A stretch of 64,000 bases of DNA from Bacteriovoracia bacterium (GCA_050246755.1 JBFWVL010000001.1:448001-512000); one strand, 5' to 3'. Counted from the first letter of the stretch, positions 29,901 to 40,104 are shown. The notes: a model not told the origin generated them from the letters alone. A program made the numbers and translations.

Positions 29901-32900
29901 TTTTTCTCCTGCGCCTAAGCGCTTCACGAGGAAAGAACGGATCTTCTCCACGATCACCGTGGTCTTGCCCGTACCGGCCGAAGCCTCGATGAAAACCAGC
30001 TGCCCTTCGCGCTCGATGGCCTCCTGCTGCTGGGGATTAAGGCCCTTCGCCCTCCTCGCTCCCGCTTCCGGCGCCACTAGGTTTGCAGAATACAATTCCG
30101 AAAAATCCGGCAAGCTCCGCTCCCAAGGCTGGCGCATCGGCGCCCGTAATTCTCGGATGCGGCAGGCGGGGCGCACTTCGCAACGTTTGCAGCTGGTTTC
30201 CTCATCGAGAGGGGTAACGTCGAATCTTCCGCTCCGGATTTCCAGCGCTAGGCGCTTTGCCTCGGCGAGACTATCTTCTTTTAGGATGGCAAATTCTTCA
30301 TCGGTCTTCAGCGCCTTGCTGGTTCCGCCGAATTTAAAATATTTTACCTGACCGGGCTCAGCCGTCTTCTTGGTCTGATTGAACTCTTTACGTACCAAGC
30401 CCTGATTTCGCTTCCCCGTTTTTAGGCTCACGTAGAGGCCGCCCGCGGGCTCAAAGCCAGGGTACTGTTTTTCCATTGCGTCGAGATAAAGCTGGAGTTG
30501 GAAACGCTCGAGCGAATCCAGCTCGAGGGAGGTAGGCGTGGTGGCGCCGAGTTTATAGTCGGAAACGACGAAGCGGCGGTTGGTTTCGTCTACGTCCACG
30601 CGGTCTACTTTGCCTTCCCAGGGCAATCCTTCCCCCAAGGAACCACTTACTTTTTTTTCCACGTCGGGATCGCGGAAATAGGGAAACAGCTCGTAGTAGC
30701 GGGCATCCTCCTCGAGGAAGTTGGCCAGTAAACGACGCAGCCGCTCCACTTGATTGCGCTTCAGCTCCTCCCCGCCCTTGAAATAGTCTACTTTTTGCTC
30801 GCTCACCGCCTGGTTCAGGCAGCGCTGCAGGAGCTCGAGCCTCGCTTCCGGAGAAGGTAAATTTTTCCCTTTATGTTCCCCGTAAAAAAGCTCGAGCGCG
30901 CGGTGCACGATATTCCCCTCTTCCATGGGGCTGAGATCGAGGCTGAGCGGCTGAATCTTATCTTCGAGGCGCAGCACTTTTTCCGCGAAGGCGAGGAAAG
31001 GACATTCCTTGTATCGCTCCAGCAGGGACGCGGAAAATTTTGGCACATCGGGATTCGCCACCAAAACTTTCTCGTGGGCGCGAAAAGGCGGCACCGCTAC
31101 CTTGCGGGCTAATTCAGGCCACGCTTTCGGCTGAAGCGGGAGCGCGGCCGAGATCCAGGAAGGCTGAAGCTCATTCCCTCTAGAATCATGGCGGCTCCAG
31201 GAAAAAATTGCCTGGCCGGAAAGAGAAATTCTCTCCATCTGATCGAGAAAGCTCAGCTCTTCCTGCGCCTGGGAAAGCAATAAAAGATCGCTGAGCTTAC
31301 GCCGCGCGCTTTCTTCGAAATAGAAGCAGAAAGCCCGCCGGGGTTCGATCCCGCTATTCCAACCCAACGCGATCGTGACCGTTTTGTCATCGGCGGGAGG
31401 CAGCCACTCGCCGTACCGGTAAAATTGAAGCCGCGGAAAAAAACTCAAAATTTCTCCGGCCTGGCTTTCCTCCAGCAAGGATTTCAACTCGGCCAGCCAA
31501 TCGCCGAAGCTAAGGGTGCCTTCCACAGAGGAGGCGAGCACCTTCGCGTTGCGCAGCCAGGAGGAAATAGCTGCATGCGCTTCCCGCTCAATTTCGAGCT
31601 CGGGCGCCAAGCGCGCGAACTCGCCCACCCCGCAGAGCTTGGCGAGCTTCAGCATGGACTCGGCGAATAACGTGGCCGTGCCCGACTCCGGTAAAAGATC
31701 GTGAATCGTGCCGAGAAATTGGGCAAACTCCGCGAGCAAAGGATCGTTTCGCTCCGCCGCTTTTTCTTTCCATTCGCGCAGGCCGCGGCGAATGCCGGCC
31801 CGGCTCGCCCGCTCGCCGATTTCCCCGAACTTTCCTAAGCTAAACTGCAGCAGCTGCGCTAGCTCCAGGCTCCTTGCCAGGGAATACTGGTGACGCTTGA
31901 GCTCGAGGGCATGGAGAAAAAGCAGCGCCACCGGGTGATCGAGGGTTTTCTTGGCCGCAAAATTTCTCGGCAGCGCCAGCTCTTCCGCGAACGCGGCGTG
32001 AATACCCTGATCGGCGAAGGCATCGCTCGCCGCGAGAAAGCGAACTTGCTTGCCTTCGGCGATGGCCTGGCTAGCCAGCGCGGCCGCGGCGCGGGCTTCT
32101 TCGGAGGGAACGTGGGCATCCAAAAGATAGCGGCACGGGATCGCAGCTTTCTCTTTGCTCCGCAAATGGGAAATTTTTCCCGGGAAATTAGTGACCAATC
32201 CGCGGAGCAAAGTGACCGAGGTTAGATCCGATTCGGGAGCCTGCCCCTTGAGAATCGATTCTATCGCCGCATCACCGAGTGCGAGCGGAACGTAAACGGC
32301 CTGATCCCGCGCGATATTCTGCACGAGGTCCACTTCGAGCAACGACCACTTATCGAAGCCTAGGAAGAAAGTCGACTGCTCGGTGCCGTTGAGCTCCGCA
32401 GCACTTTTCAGCGCGGCCGGAAAATCATAGTTCTCGGAGGCCGCGAGCGTGCGTTCGTAGAGTTTTAGCAAATGCCAGAAATCCTGGTAGGCTTCGCGGG
32501 TTACGTTGTCGCTACCCGTTACCAGTAGGGACTGCGCGCGCTCGATGGATGCATCGTCCATGAGGCCGGCCATTCTCGCTTCTTCCACGCAGCCGAGCAG
32601 TCCGTCAAAAAATCGCGGCTCTTCCCAAATATCCTGGAGGTGAAAAAATCCCTCCACCGTGACCAGCGTTTTCACCGCCGAGCGAAATAGGTTGCGCTTC
32701 TTGGCCGTATTGAGGAACCGAAACTGGCGGCCCTCGGAAAGTGCGGAGTTACGGGCCCGCCCTTCCACCCACTTCTGCCAGTCTTGCGTCCGCGCTCCGA
32801 GGCGGAGCGGCGGATTCTGCAGGCTTTCCTCCGCGAGCCACTCCTGGGCGCTGGCCCCGATGCGCGGGCCGAGCACGAGCAAACCATCGGTTTTCTGCAA

Positions 32901-32987
32901 AAAATCCAAAGCCGCGGTGAAAGCGCGCTCCCAGGAATTTCCCGCGGAAAAGAGATAGAGGCCGGGTGTTTGGGGCGCTTGGGACAT
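26934..32987 (-). CDS. Single-chain AddB-AddA (RexBA-like) helicase-nuclease fusion
   Basis: One 2017-aa frame. AddB-like half ends in GKVDRVD..DYK..QLQLY. UvrD half has ASAGTGKT, LVDEFQDT, VGDAKQSIYRFR, NYRS, MTVHAAKGLEF and LLYVALTRA. A second nuclease GVLDRL..DYKS..QVASY closes the chain. Confidence 0.9.
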   Translation of the reverse strand: MSQAPQTPGLYLFSAGNSWERAFTAALDFLQKTDGLLVLGPRIGASAQEWLAEESLQNPPLRLGARTQDWQKWVEGRARNSALSEGRQFRFLNTAKKRNLFRSAVKTLVTVEGFFHLQDIWEEPRFFDGLLGCVEEARMAGLMDDASIERAQSLLVTGSDNVTREAYQDFWHLLKLYERTLAASENYDFPAALKSAAELNGTEQSTFFLGFDKWSLLEVDLVQNIARDQAVYVPLALGDAAIESILKGQAPESDLTSVTLLRGLVTNFPGKISHLRSKEKAAIPCRYLLDAHVPSEEARAAAALASQAIAEGKQVRFLAASDAFADQGIHAAFAEELALPRNFAAKKTLDHPVALLFLHALELKRHQYSLARSLELAQLLQFSLGKFGEIGERASRAGIRRGLREWKEKAAERNDPLLAEFAQFLGTIHDLLPESGTATLFAESMLKLAKLCGVGEFARLAPELEIEREAHAAISSWLRNAKVLASSVEGTLSFGDWLAELKSLLEESQAGEILSFFPRLQFYRYGEWLPPADDKTVTIALGWNSGIEPRRAFCFYFEESARRKLSDLLLLSQAQEELSFLDQMERISLSGQAIFSWSRHDSRGNELQPSWISAALPLQPKAWPELARKVAVPPFRAHEKVLVANPDVPKFSASLLERYKECPFLAFAEKVLRLEDKIQPLSLDLSPMEEGNIVHRALELFYGEHKGKNLPSPEARLELLQRCLNQAVSEQKVDYFKGGEELKRNQVERLRRLLANFLEEDARYYELFPYFRDPDVEKKVSGSLGEGLPWEGKVDRVDVDETNRRFVVSDYKLGATTPTSLELDSLERFQLQLYLDAMEKQYPGFEPAGGLYVSLKTGKRNQGLVRKEFNQTKKTAEPGQVKYFKFGGTSKALKTDEEFAILKEDSLAEAKRLALEIRSGRFDVTPLDEETSCKRCEVRPACRIRELRAPMRQPWERSLPDFSELYSANLVAPEAGARRAKGLNPQQQEAIEREGQLVFIEASAGTGKTTVIVEKIRSFLVKRLGAGEKIYKAAEKFAAISFTEKSAKELSARVSQALVGEGGLGVKVAAQAIQQISTIHGFCRRLLNDFPVEAGIGPMATLMDEREAEALRQEIFEEFFLNPPESARASLAGLFAVFSRQKIENCLRRLLESRLLLAEDLSAYKEWVSGVRETLGERVEPGLEKERLRELLELGEIFAGVFDAAKRARDLLDFNDLEALSLKVLGNPEVQKYYRDRFELLLVDEFQDTNSVQRQILEKIARPGWANLFVVGDAKQSIYRFRAADVSVFQTLRAEAESAGSLVALTKNYRSRKELVEMANRVSEAIFPAAGKGASFEAVAAVAEAHRETGGIVRVVEYGDPEEKLSAKLRRSTEAEIVAELVKEKISGGAAASGIAILLRKISGNEAYLQALTRAGIPFRVGSSRGFYSQQVVLDGIALLRSFYGANNDLALLACLRSPWIRMPDFKIHEIQRRGSRSTPLWESLREEDAPQLFLWRRLASFLSCSELLARALETYPLDRREHLQTVKLLAIIQALEADAVPRVEIIERLSNWSGWEREEDSLDDSTMPEPGAGGAVQIMTVHAAKGLEFDLTILPDLSSGLLPDASPLRTLPGFGVALKLEDDEEYAAHKILGEKNKERELAESKRLLYVALTRAKEEAILILPKMGESFKPKKESWAEQIRAAKLADTASWESWKPGEVKEVSPKEKPPTTNWQPISARLIPFRANISISEISAFKNCAEFHRLKFVQGWDDQVKDLWPLPPEQQKKRAVSAGMKKRIRSDELLKALGLERKERGIALHRVLERIQNPDKEMEFAKGWLVEAYEAQGAKTDNVAFRELLEIDLALLRKFLDSAVGKDLFGPGVKAYPEIPFEWRLGQMYVHGVLDRLIQRKDGSWVVVDYKSSVFEDERGSRQRFQVASYMAAIAAYASAKEGKAARVTGFLVDLNEAESVEVIADANEAAEILAAEIEKIRENYTLADGKTDPALRGIRGGDECFSCPYSLHCDLGRKIVLEFI

Positions 32988-32994
32988 GGAGCGA

Positions 32995-33999
32995 CTATAC
33001 CAGATCGAAAGAAAGGTTTTGGGTGCGCACGCGCACCTCGCCCTTACCTTTGGCCACGGTTCCGATACGCTGGGCCTTTTCGCCGCGTTTATTCAGGAAT
33101 TTTACGAGGGCATCGGCTTTCTTCGCCTCGCAAACCATCACGAAGCCCACTCCCATATTGAAGGTGGAATACATTTCTTTTCCGTCGAGGCCCGCCCGCT
33201 CCTGCAACAAACGAAAAATTCCCGGCGCATCCGGAACCTGATCGATCACGTAGGAGAATTTCGCATTGATCCGTGGAATATTATAAAAGCCCGAGCCAGT
33301 GATATGGGCGAAGCCCTTGATCCCAAATTTTTTCGATTCCAGAACCGCCAATGCATTTTTCACGTAGATGCGCGTGGGGGTAAGCGCAGTTTTCAAAAAA
33401 TCCGTTTCCTCTTCCTTTAGTAGTTTTCGCACCAAGGAGAAACCATTGGAATGCAAACCGCTCGAGGCGAGGCCGATGATCGCGTCGCCCGCTTTGGTTT
33501 TCTTGCCGTCCAGCAGAGCGCTTTTCTTTACCTCCCCCACGGCGAATCCTGCGAGGTCGTATTCGCCGTCGTCGTACATGCCGGGCATTTCGGCGGTCTC
33601 TCCGCCCACGAGCGCGGTGCCCGACTGGCGGCAGCCGTCTACGATGCCTTTTACGATCGCTTCGCTCACGGGCAGCTCGAGCTTTCCGCAGCCGATATAA
33701 TCCAGAAAAAACATCGGGCGCGCGCCGGTACAGACCACGTCGTTCACGCACATCGCCACGAGATCGATGCCCACCGTATCGTGGATGCCGAGCTTATGGG
33801 CCACCATGAGCTTCGTTCCTACCCCGTCGGTGCCGGCAGCCAAATATTTTCCGCCGCCTACGTCGTAGAGCGAAGCGAAACCGCCCACTCCGCTTTTCAC
33901 GGCCTTGGAATAAGTGGACTTCACCATTTTTTGGATTCTCTGCACGAAGAGATCACCCTTGTCGCGGTCTACTCCGGAATCTTTATAGGAAATGGCCAC
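32995..33999 (-). CDS. purM: Phosphoribosylformylglycinamidine cyclo-ligase (AIR synthetase)
   Basis: [29 protein letters not shown] and TFNMGVG motifs. Confidence 0.98.
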   Translation of the reverse strand: MAISYKDSGVDRDKGDLFVQRIQKMVKSTYSKAVKSGVGGFASLYDVGGGKYLAAGTDGVGTKLMVAHKLGIHDTVGIDLVAMCVNDVVCTGARPMFFLDYIGCGKLELPVSEAIVKGIVDGCRQSGTALVGGETAEMPGMYDDGEYDLAGFAVGEVKKSALLDGKKTKAGDAIIGLASSGLHSNGFSLVRKLLKEEETDFLKTALTPTRIYVKNALAVLESKKFGIKGFAHITGSGFYNIPRINAKFSYVIDQVPDAPGIFRLLQERAGLDGKEMYSTFNMGVGFVMVCEAKKADALVKFLNKRGEKAQRIGTVAKGKGEVRVRTQNLSFDLV

Positions 34000-34008
34000 G
34001 TTTTCTCC

Positions 34009-35589
34009 TCAGTGGCGGAAATGCCGGCGTCCAGTAAACACCATGGCAATTCCCGCTTGGTCGGCCGCCGCGATCACTTCTTCATCACGAATGCTGCCGC
34101 CCGGTTGCACGATAAACTTCACGCCGATTTCGGCTGCGGCTTCGACGCCATCGGCGAATGGGAAAAAGGCGTCGGAAACCAAAATCAAATCTTCGATTTT
34201 TCCTTTCGCCAAAGCACGAGGGCCGGCGAGCGATTTAATGCTGTCGAGGCGGTTAGGCTGACCCATGCCAGCGCCTACGAGCTGGAAATTTCCTTTATGC
34301 TCTCTCACGAGCGCGATCGCATTGGAGCGAAGGTGCTTGGCGGCCATCACGCCGAACGAGGCGAGCGCTAATTTTTCCTGAGGAAAAGGAATCTTGGTCA
34401 CGCTCTTGAATTCCTGATCGAGGCCTTCGTCTTCTTCCTGGATGAGCACGCCCCCGTAAACGGAACGCAGCATCCTCTCCTGCACCACCGCCGGGCGCGG
34501 AGGACAGAGCAAGACCCGTAAATTTTTCTTCTTGGCGAGCACGGCCAGGGCATCGGGCTCTACCGAAGGGGCCACGATCAGTTCCACGAATTTGTCCCCG
34601 AGCCACTCGGCGCAATCGCGCGTGAACGGTCCCGTGAAAGCGAGGATGCCGCCAAAAGCCGAAACGGGATCACCCGCCCAGGCCAGCTCGAGGGCTTCCA
34701 CCATGCTGCGGCCGGTAGCTAGCCCGCAGGGATTCAAATGCTTCACCACCGCCACGGCCCCCCCCACCGCCAGCTGCGAACCGCCAACAGAATGCCAAGC
34801 TTCACTGGCCGAACGCAGGGCCGCATCGGCATCGAGGATATTATTATAGGAAAGCGCCTTGCCCTGGAGGATATCCGCCGAGGCGATCGAAGTTTCCGCT
34901 TTGAAATAGGGGTCACGGTAAAATGTGGCGGACTGGTGAGGATTCTCCCCGTAGCGCAATTTTTTTCCGCGGTCGAGGGCGAGATAATGCACTTCCTCCC
35001 CGAGGAAGCGACTGGATAACTCGGCGGCGATGGCGGAATCATAGGAAGCAAGCAGGCGAAATGCGGAGACGGCTAGCTTTTTCCGGGTATCGAGGCTAAG
35101 CGCGCCATTATTTTTTTCGATCTCGTCCATCAGATCCGCGTACTGGCCGGGATCGGTGGAAACCGCCACGTGCGCGTGGTTTTTGGCGGCGGCGCGGATC
35201 ATGGTGGGACCACCCACGTCGATCTCCTCGATGAGCTCGGCTTCGGACGCATTTCTCTTCTGCGCTTCCTGGAAGGGATAGAGATTGCAAACCACGAGAT
35301 CGATGGGTACCACACCCATCTTCTTGGCGGTGGCCACGTCGTCGGGATTATCGCGGCGGTAGAGCAAGGCACTGGCGAAGGGAAAACTGATCGTCTTCAT
35401 GCGGCCGCCGAAGGCCTCAGGGTTCCCGGTTATTTTTTCCATCGGCGTAACGGCGATTCCCGCATCCCCGAGCTTTTTGGCGGTGCCGCCGCTCGCAAGG
35501 ATCTCCACGCCCCTTTTTTCGAGGAATCGCGCAAAGCCGATGAGGCCTTCTTTATCGGAAACACTGAACAGCGCGCGCCGGATCTCCAT
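34009..35589 (-). CDS. purH: Bifunctional AICAR transformylase/IMP cyclohydrolase
   Basis: [41 protein letters not shown] and terminal RHFRH; TAATG overlap with purQ. Confidence 0.97.
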   Translation of the reverse strand: MEIRRALFSVSDKEGLIGFARFLEKRGVEILASGGTAKKLGDAGIAVTPMEKITGNPEAFGGRMKTISFPFASALLYRRDNPDDVATAKKMGVVPIDLVVCNLYPFQEAQKRNASEAELIEEIDVGGPTMIRAAAKNHAHVAVSTDPGQYADLMDEIEKNNGALSLDTRKKLAVSAFRLLASYDSAIAAELSSRFLGEEVHYLALDRGKKLRYGENPHQSATFYRDPYFKAETSIASADILQGKALSYNNILDADAALRSASEAWHSVGGSQLAVGGAVAVVKHLNPCGLATGRSMVEALELAWAGDPVSAFGGILAFTGPFTRDCAEWLGDKFVELIVAPSVEPDALAVLAKKKNLRVLLCPPRPAVVQERMLRSVYGGVLIQEEDEGLDQEFKSVTKIPFPQEKLALASFGVMAAKHLRSNAIALVREHKGNFQLVGAGMGQPNRLDSIKSLAGPRALAKGKIEDLILVSDAFFPFADGVEAAAEIGVKFIVQPGGSIRDEEVIAAADQAGIAMVFTGRRHFRH

Positions 35590-36350
35590 TACTTCTCCTC
35601 GAGGTAGGTAACGCAATTACGGAAAAAACGTAGCCCAAGCCCTTCGCCGGTACGGTTTTCGAGGCGCGTGCTCTGGGGATAGAGCAGCCGCGAGGTAGCG
35701 GCTTCGGGATGAGGCATCAAGCCGAACACGAGGCCGGTAGGATCGCAAACGCCGGCGATCCGGGCGAAAGATCCGTTCACGTCTTCGCTGTAGCGAAGGG
35801 CGATTTGCCCATTCTGGCTGAGCTTACGGTGAATGCCCTCCTCTTCGCCGCGCGTGAATACCACGCGGCCCTCTCCGTGACGAATCGGCAAAGCAAACGC
35901 GCCTTCGCCCGCGAGGTTTTTGGTCCAAATACATACGGAGGCTTTCTCCGCCTCGAGATCCACCCAGCGATCCTGGAAATGCCCCTGGGCATTTCGAGCT
36001 AAGGCCATCGTGCGCACGCCGAAAGGTTCTGGCAAAAGCCCGAGCTTGGTGAGGGCCTGAAATCCGTTGCAGATCCCGATCACGGGCTTTTGGGCCGCCA
36101 CGAATTTTTGCAATTCATCGCCGAGCACCAGCGATAATTTCAGCGCCAAAATTTGCCCGCTACCGAGATCGTCGCCGAAAGAAAATCCCCCCGGGAAAGC
36201 GGCGGCCTCGTAGCCATGTAGGCTCGCGGGGTTAGCGAGCAGATCATTTATATGTACGATGGTGGGCGCGGCACCCGCCAGGCTGAAAGCCCGTGCGGTT
36301 TCTCTTTCGCAGTTAATGCCATCTCCGGTGAGGACGAGAACTTTCTTCAT
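35589..36350 (-). CDS. purQ: FGAM synthase glutaminase subunit
   Basis: PGGFSFGD, GICNGFQ, HGEGR and MPHPE motifs. Confidence 0.97.
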   Translation of the reverse strand: MKKVLVLTGDGINCERETARAFSLAGAAPTIVHINDLLANPASLHGYEAAAFPGGFSFGDDLGSGQILALKLSLVLGDELQKFVAAQKPVIGICNGFQALTKLGLLPEPFGVRTMALARNAQGHFQDRWVDLEAEKASVCIWTKNLAGEGAFALPIRHGEGRVVFTRGEEEGIHRKLSQNGQIALRYSEDVNGSFARIAGVCDPTGLVFGLMPHPEAATSRLLYPQSTRLENRTGEGLGLRFFRNCVTYLEEK

Positions 36351-39300
36351 CGCTGTTCTCCTTTCCAGGCCTTACGCGCATCGCGGACGGGCACGTCCAG
36401 GATCACGAGGCCGTAGCGCGTGAAGCGCAGGATATCGGGCGCCACTTCGCCCAGTTTCAGGCAGTGCTGACCCGCGAGCATTTTCCTAAACTCTTCGTCG
36501 TGTTCGGGTGGAACCGACACCACGAAGCGCCCCGCGCTCTCATTGAAGAAGAATTCGGCGAGCGATCCACCGAATTCTTTCAGCTCTACCGAGATATTTT
36601 CTACATCCACCCGCACGCCGAGCATCCCGCCAATCGCACTTTCGGCCAATGCCACGAGCATCCCGCCTTCGCTGCAATCGTGGCAGGAACGCAGAAGCCC
36701 GCGCCGCATCGCTTGGTGGATAGTACGGTAGAGCCGGAGGTTTTCCGCGGCGTTCACCTGGGGCGCACTCAGCACCAGACGATCCGCCGGAAGCGCGAAG
36801 GATTCCATCAGCTCGGATCCGCCCATCTCGCGGGAGCTGCGTCCCACGAGGTATACGGCGTCGCCGGCTTTCTGAAAATCACTGGTCACGGTGCGGGAAA
36901 CGTCCGGTACTTTCGCCAGCGCGGTCACCAGCACCGTGGGCGGAACGCTGATCTTGATTTCCTTAAGGCGGGAGCGACCGAAGAAATCATTTTTCATGCT
37001 GTCCTTCCCGCTCACGAAGGGCGCACCGTAGGTTTTGGCCAGATCGTAGAGCCCGTGGTTGGCCCTTACGAGCTGCGCGAGCTTGTGGTGGGCATCCGGA
37101 TTTTTTTCGGAAGGCAGAGGATCCGGCCAGCAGAAATTGTCGATAAGCGCCACCTGATCGGGATCGGCCCCCACGGCCACGCAGTTACGGAAAGCCTCAT
37201 CGAGGGCATGCTGGGCCATCACGTAGGTGTCGAAGCGGGCCAGCTTAGGCTGGAGACCGCAGGAAATACTCACGCCGGTTTTTTCGTCGCCCCCGTGCGG
37301 CGCCAGCCAGATCACACCGGCATCGCCCGGGCCTTTGGACTCCACGCCCACGAACGGTTTTACCACCGTGGCGGCCTGCACTTCGTGATCATAGCGGCGC
37401 ACCCATTCTTCCTTCGAACGGATATTCCAGCGCGCGAGCAAAGTATAGAGAGCGTTCTCGTGAAATGCGCGGGATTCGAGCTCGGTGTTTTCCACTGCGG
37501 GAAGAGCCGTGCGCTTGCTCCAGCTATCTTCGGGCAGAGGCCCTTCCCATTTTGCCTTAAGCACCATGGGCGGAAGCCCCTCGTGGAGAAAGCGTAGATC
37601 GATCGCGGCGATCGTTTTTCCTTGGTAATCCACCTGGAATAAACCGGAATCGTTAAATTCCCCGAGCACCGTGGACTCTACTCCCCGGCGTTTCGAAAGA
37701 GCCAGAAATCCTTCGAGCTGCTGAGGGGATACCGAGAACGTCATGCGCTCCTGGCTTTCGCTCACCACGAGCTCGTAGGGCAAAAGGCCGGGATACTTCA
37801 CCGGGGCATGCGTCACATCGAGCCGCGCCCCGCCCGTGCCGAGCGCCATTTCGCCCACGCTGGAGCTGAGGCCGCCGGCACCGTTATCGGTCACGCTGGT
37901 ATAGAGATTCAGATCGCGCGCCTCGAGCAGAAAATCCGCGAGGCGTTTCTGCGTGATCGGATCGCCGATTTGCACGGCCGTGGCGGGCGCACCGTCGGTG
38001 AGCTCCATCGAGCTGAACGTGGCGCCATGAATTCCGTCTTTCCCGATGCGTCCCCCAGATACCACGATGAAGTCTCCGGGCTTTTGATTTTTCGAGGCGC
38101 TGGCGCGCCCGTCTTTCGTTTGCGGAGGCAAGGCGCCCACGGTGCCACAAAACACGAGGGGCTTACCGGAAAAATCCCGGTGAAACGCGAAGGCGCCGTT
38201 CACGGTGGGGATCCCGCTCTTATTGCCGCCGTCTTCCACGCCTTGGTGCACGCCATCGAAGATCCGGCGCGGGTGCTTGAGGGAGTCAGGCAATTCCTTT
38301 TCTTCCCCTACTCCCGGCCAATCGGGCGGGCCGAAACAAAACACGTCAGTATTCGCGATCGGTCTCGCGCCGAGGCCACACCCGAGAATATCGCGGTTTA
38401 CCCCTACGATGCCGGTGAGGGCGCCGCCGTACGGATCGAGGGCCGAAGGACTATTATGAGTTTCCACCTTGATGCAGAGATCGAGCTTCGGATCGAATCT
38501 CACGATCCCGGCATTATCGGAAAATACGGAAATCAGCCAATCGAGTTTTCTCTCTTTTTCCACTTCTTCCGTGGCGCGCTTGATATAGCTCTTGAAAAGA
38601 CTTTTTACCGTGAACGCGCCGAGCAATTTATAGGGCTTGAGCTTGTCTTCGGTGGATTCGGTATAGTCGATCTCGGCGGCGAAGATCTTATGCTTGCAGT
38701 GCTCACTCCAGCTCTGAGCGAAAATCTCGATCTCGAGATCGGTGGGATGGTCGGGAAGATCCTTCGCCGCCCGCTTAGACTGGGTCTCGATTTTTTCGTA
38801 GTGATTGCGGATCGTGTGCAGCTCGGCCACGGTGAGCGCCCAGCATCGCTCCTTGCTCAGGCGATCGAGGGCGCGGTCTTCTATCTGAAGAGAGATAGTC
38901 TCCACCTGCCCATTTCCGCCCAGCGCTACTTCGGGAACCACTTGAGCGCTGAATCGTTCGGCCACATTGTAAGCATTCCAGTTCTGCACCTGAATCTCTT
39001 CGATAAGAGGATTGGCGATCGATTCGAAGGCCACGCGTTCCACTTCGCTCCGGGAAAGATCGCCGTAGAAATAGACCGCCTTGCCCGTATACACCTGCAC
39101 GTTATGCTCGCGGGCGAATGCGCTGAGCAACGCGAGCGCTTCGGTGGCCGAGCGGCCCACGTTATCCGTCACTCCCGGAAGAAAACGAACCTGCGCCACG
39201 AACGAAGGCAGAATGGGGCCGGAAGCGGCAAAACGGAATTCCGGGTTATGCGCGAGGTGGAACTCCTGGAGCACCGGATCGCAAAAAACTTTTTCGGCCC

Positions 39301-39475
39301 AGCGCTTCGCCTCCTCGGCAGGAATCGGCGCGTCGTCGTCGGCTTTTAGCCAAAAGATCTGCACGGTTTCGGTGCCGTATACCGGAATACGCAAGTGCTG
39401 GCGCGCCGTTTTGGCAAAGCGCTGCTCCCGCGCGTTGCAGTCGAAATCCCTAACCTCGAGGCGGACTACGTTCAT
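36347..39475 (-). CDS. purL: FGAM synthase PurL with N-terminal PurS-like extension
   Basis: QSWSEHCKHKIF, KVETHNSPS, DNGAGGL and SESQERM; N-terminal DPVLQ and PGVTDNVG..ANPLIE. Confidence 0.95.
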   Translation of the reverse strand: MNVVRLEVRDFDCNAREQRFAKTARQHLRIPVYGTETVQIFWLKADDDAPIPAEEAKRWAEKVFCDPVLQEFHLAHNPEFRFAASGPILPSFVAQVRFLPGVTDNVGRSATEALALLSAFAREHNVQVYTGKAVYFYGDLSRSEVERVAFESIANPLIEEIQVQNWNAYNVAERFSAQVVPEVALGGNGQVETISLQIEDRALDRLSKERCWALTVAELHTIRNHYEKIETQSKRAAKDLPDHPTDLEIEIFAQSWSEHCKHKIFAAEIDYTESTEDKLKPYKLLGAFTVKSLFKSYIKRATEEVEKERKLDWLISVFSDNAGIVRFDPKLDLCIKVETHNSPSALDPYGGALTGIVGVNRDILGCGLGARPIANTDVFCFGPPDWPGVGEEKELPDSLKHPRRIFDGVHQGVEDGGNKSGIPTVNGAFAFHRDFSGKPLVFCGTVGALPPQTKDGRASASKNQKPGDFIVVSGGRIGKDGIHGATFSSMELTDGAPATAVQIGDPITQKRLADFLLEARDLNLYTSVTDNGAGGLSSSVGEMALGTGGARLDVTHAPVKYPGLLPYELVVSESQERMTFSVSPQQLEGFLALSKRRGVESTVLGEFNDSGLFQVDYQGKTIAAIDLRFLHEGLPPMVLKAKWEGPLPEDSWSKRTALPAVENTELESRAFHENALYTLLARWNIRSKEEWVRRYDHEVQAATVVKPFVGVESKGPGDAGVIWLAPHGGDEKTGVSISCGLQPKLARFDTYVMAQHALDEAFRNCVAVGADPDQVALIDNFCWPDPLPSEKNPDAHHKLAQLVRANHGLYDLAKTYGAPFVSGKDSMKNDFFGRSRLKEIKISVPPTVLVTALAKVPDVSRTVTSDFQKAGDAVYLVGRSSREMGGSELMESFALPADRLVLSAPQVNAAENLRLYRTIHQAMRRGLLRSCHDCSEGGMLVALAESAIGGMLGVRVDVENISVELKEFGGSLAEFFFNESAGRFVVSVPPEHDEEFRKMLAGQHCLKLGEVAPDILRFTRYGLVILDVPVRDARKAWKGEQR

Positions 39476-40104
39476 CTTTCACTCCCTAAACTTACCCAGC
39501 GAGAATTTTCTGTTTCCTGAATGCGCAAAGCGCCCGACGCGGCGAGATCGAGGACCCGGCAAAAAAGACGATGCTCGATTTTTTGGGCCCGCGCGGAAAA
39601 ACTCTCGAGCGTGTCGGCCTCTTCCCGGGCGAAAGCTTCCTGCAAAATGGGCAAGCCGGCATCGAGCTCGCTATTCACGAAGTGTACCGTAACGCCCGCC
39701 ACCTTCACGCCATCGCGAAACGCGCGCTCGTAGCCTCCAAGGCCGGGGTAGGCGGGCAGCAGTGATGGATGCACATTGATCACGCGGGCACCTAGATTTT
39801 CATCGGCAAAAAATTTCAGGAACGCATCGCTCACGATGCGCTTATAGCCGGCAAGCAACGCCCAGCTCGGTTTCAATTCTTTCAACAACCGAAGCAATGC
39901 GGCTTCGTCGTTATGGTTAATCACGTGAGTGGGAACACCCAGCTTTTCCGCCATTTCGAGCGCGGGCGCACCGGCGCGATCGCTAATCAAAGCTTTCACC
40001 GCGAGGCGATCCGGATTTTTCTGCGCGTGCTCGATTAGCGCGCGGGCATTGGTGCCGGCGCCGGAAGCAAGGATCACGATGGGGAGAGATTTAGGCGCCG
40101 ACAT
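39472..40104 (-). CDS. purN: Phosphoribosylglycinamide formyltransferase
   Basis: LASGAGTN, INVHPSLLPAYPG and GVTVHFV..LDAG motifs. Confidence 0.96.
   Translation of the reverse strand: MSAPKSLPIVILASGAGTNARALIEHAQKNPDRLAVKALISDRAGAPALEMAEKLGVPTHVINHNDEAALLRLLKELKPSWALLAGYKRIVSDAFLKFFADENLGARVINVHPSLLPAYPGLGGYERAFRDGVKVAGVTVHFVNSELDAGLPILQEAFAREEADTLESFSARAQKIEHRLFCRVLDLAASGALRIQETENSRWVSLGSER

Noticed and set aside
26934-32987. Reading the helicase-nuclease fusion as an anti-phage defence or Cas4 system
   Set aside because: Domain order and motifs fit AddB then AddA, the context is housekeeping, and no CRISPR array or defence neighbours are visible.
22586-39349. Long plus-strand ORFs (470, 423, 377 and 513 aa) opposite the glt and pur genes
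   Set aside because: Antisense frames expected from GC-rich codon bias; no motifs, and the minus-strand genes are clearly real.
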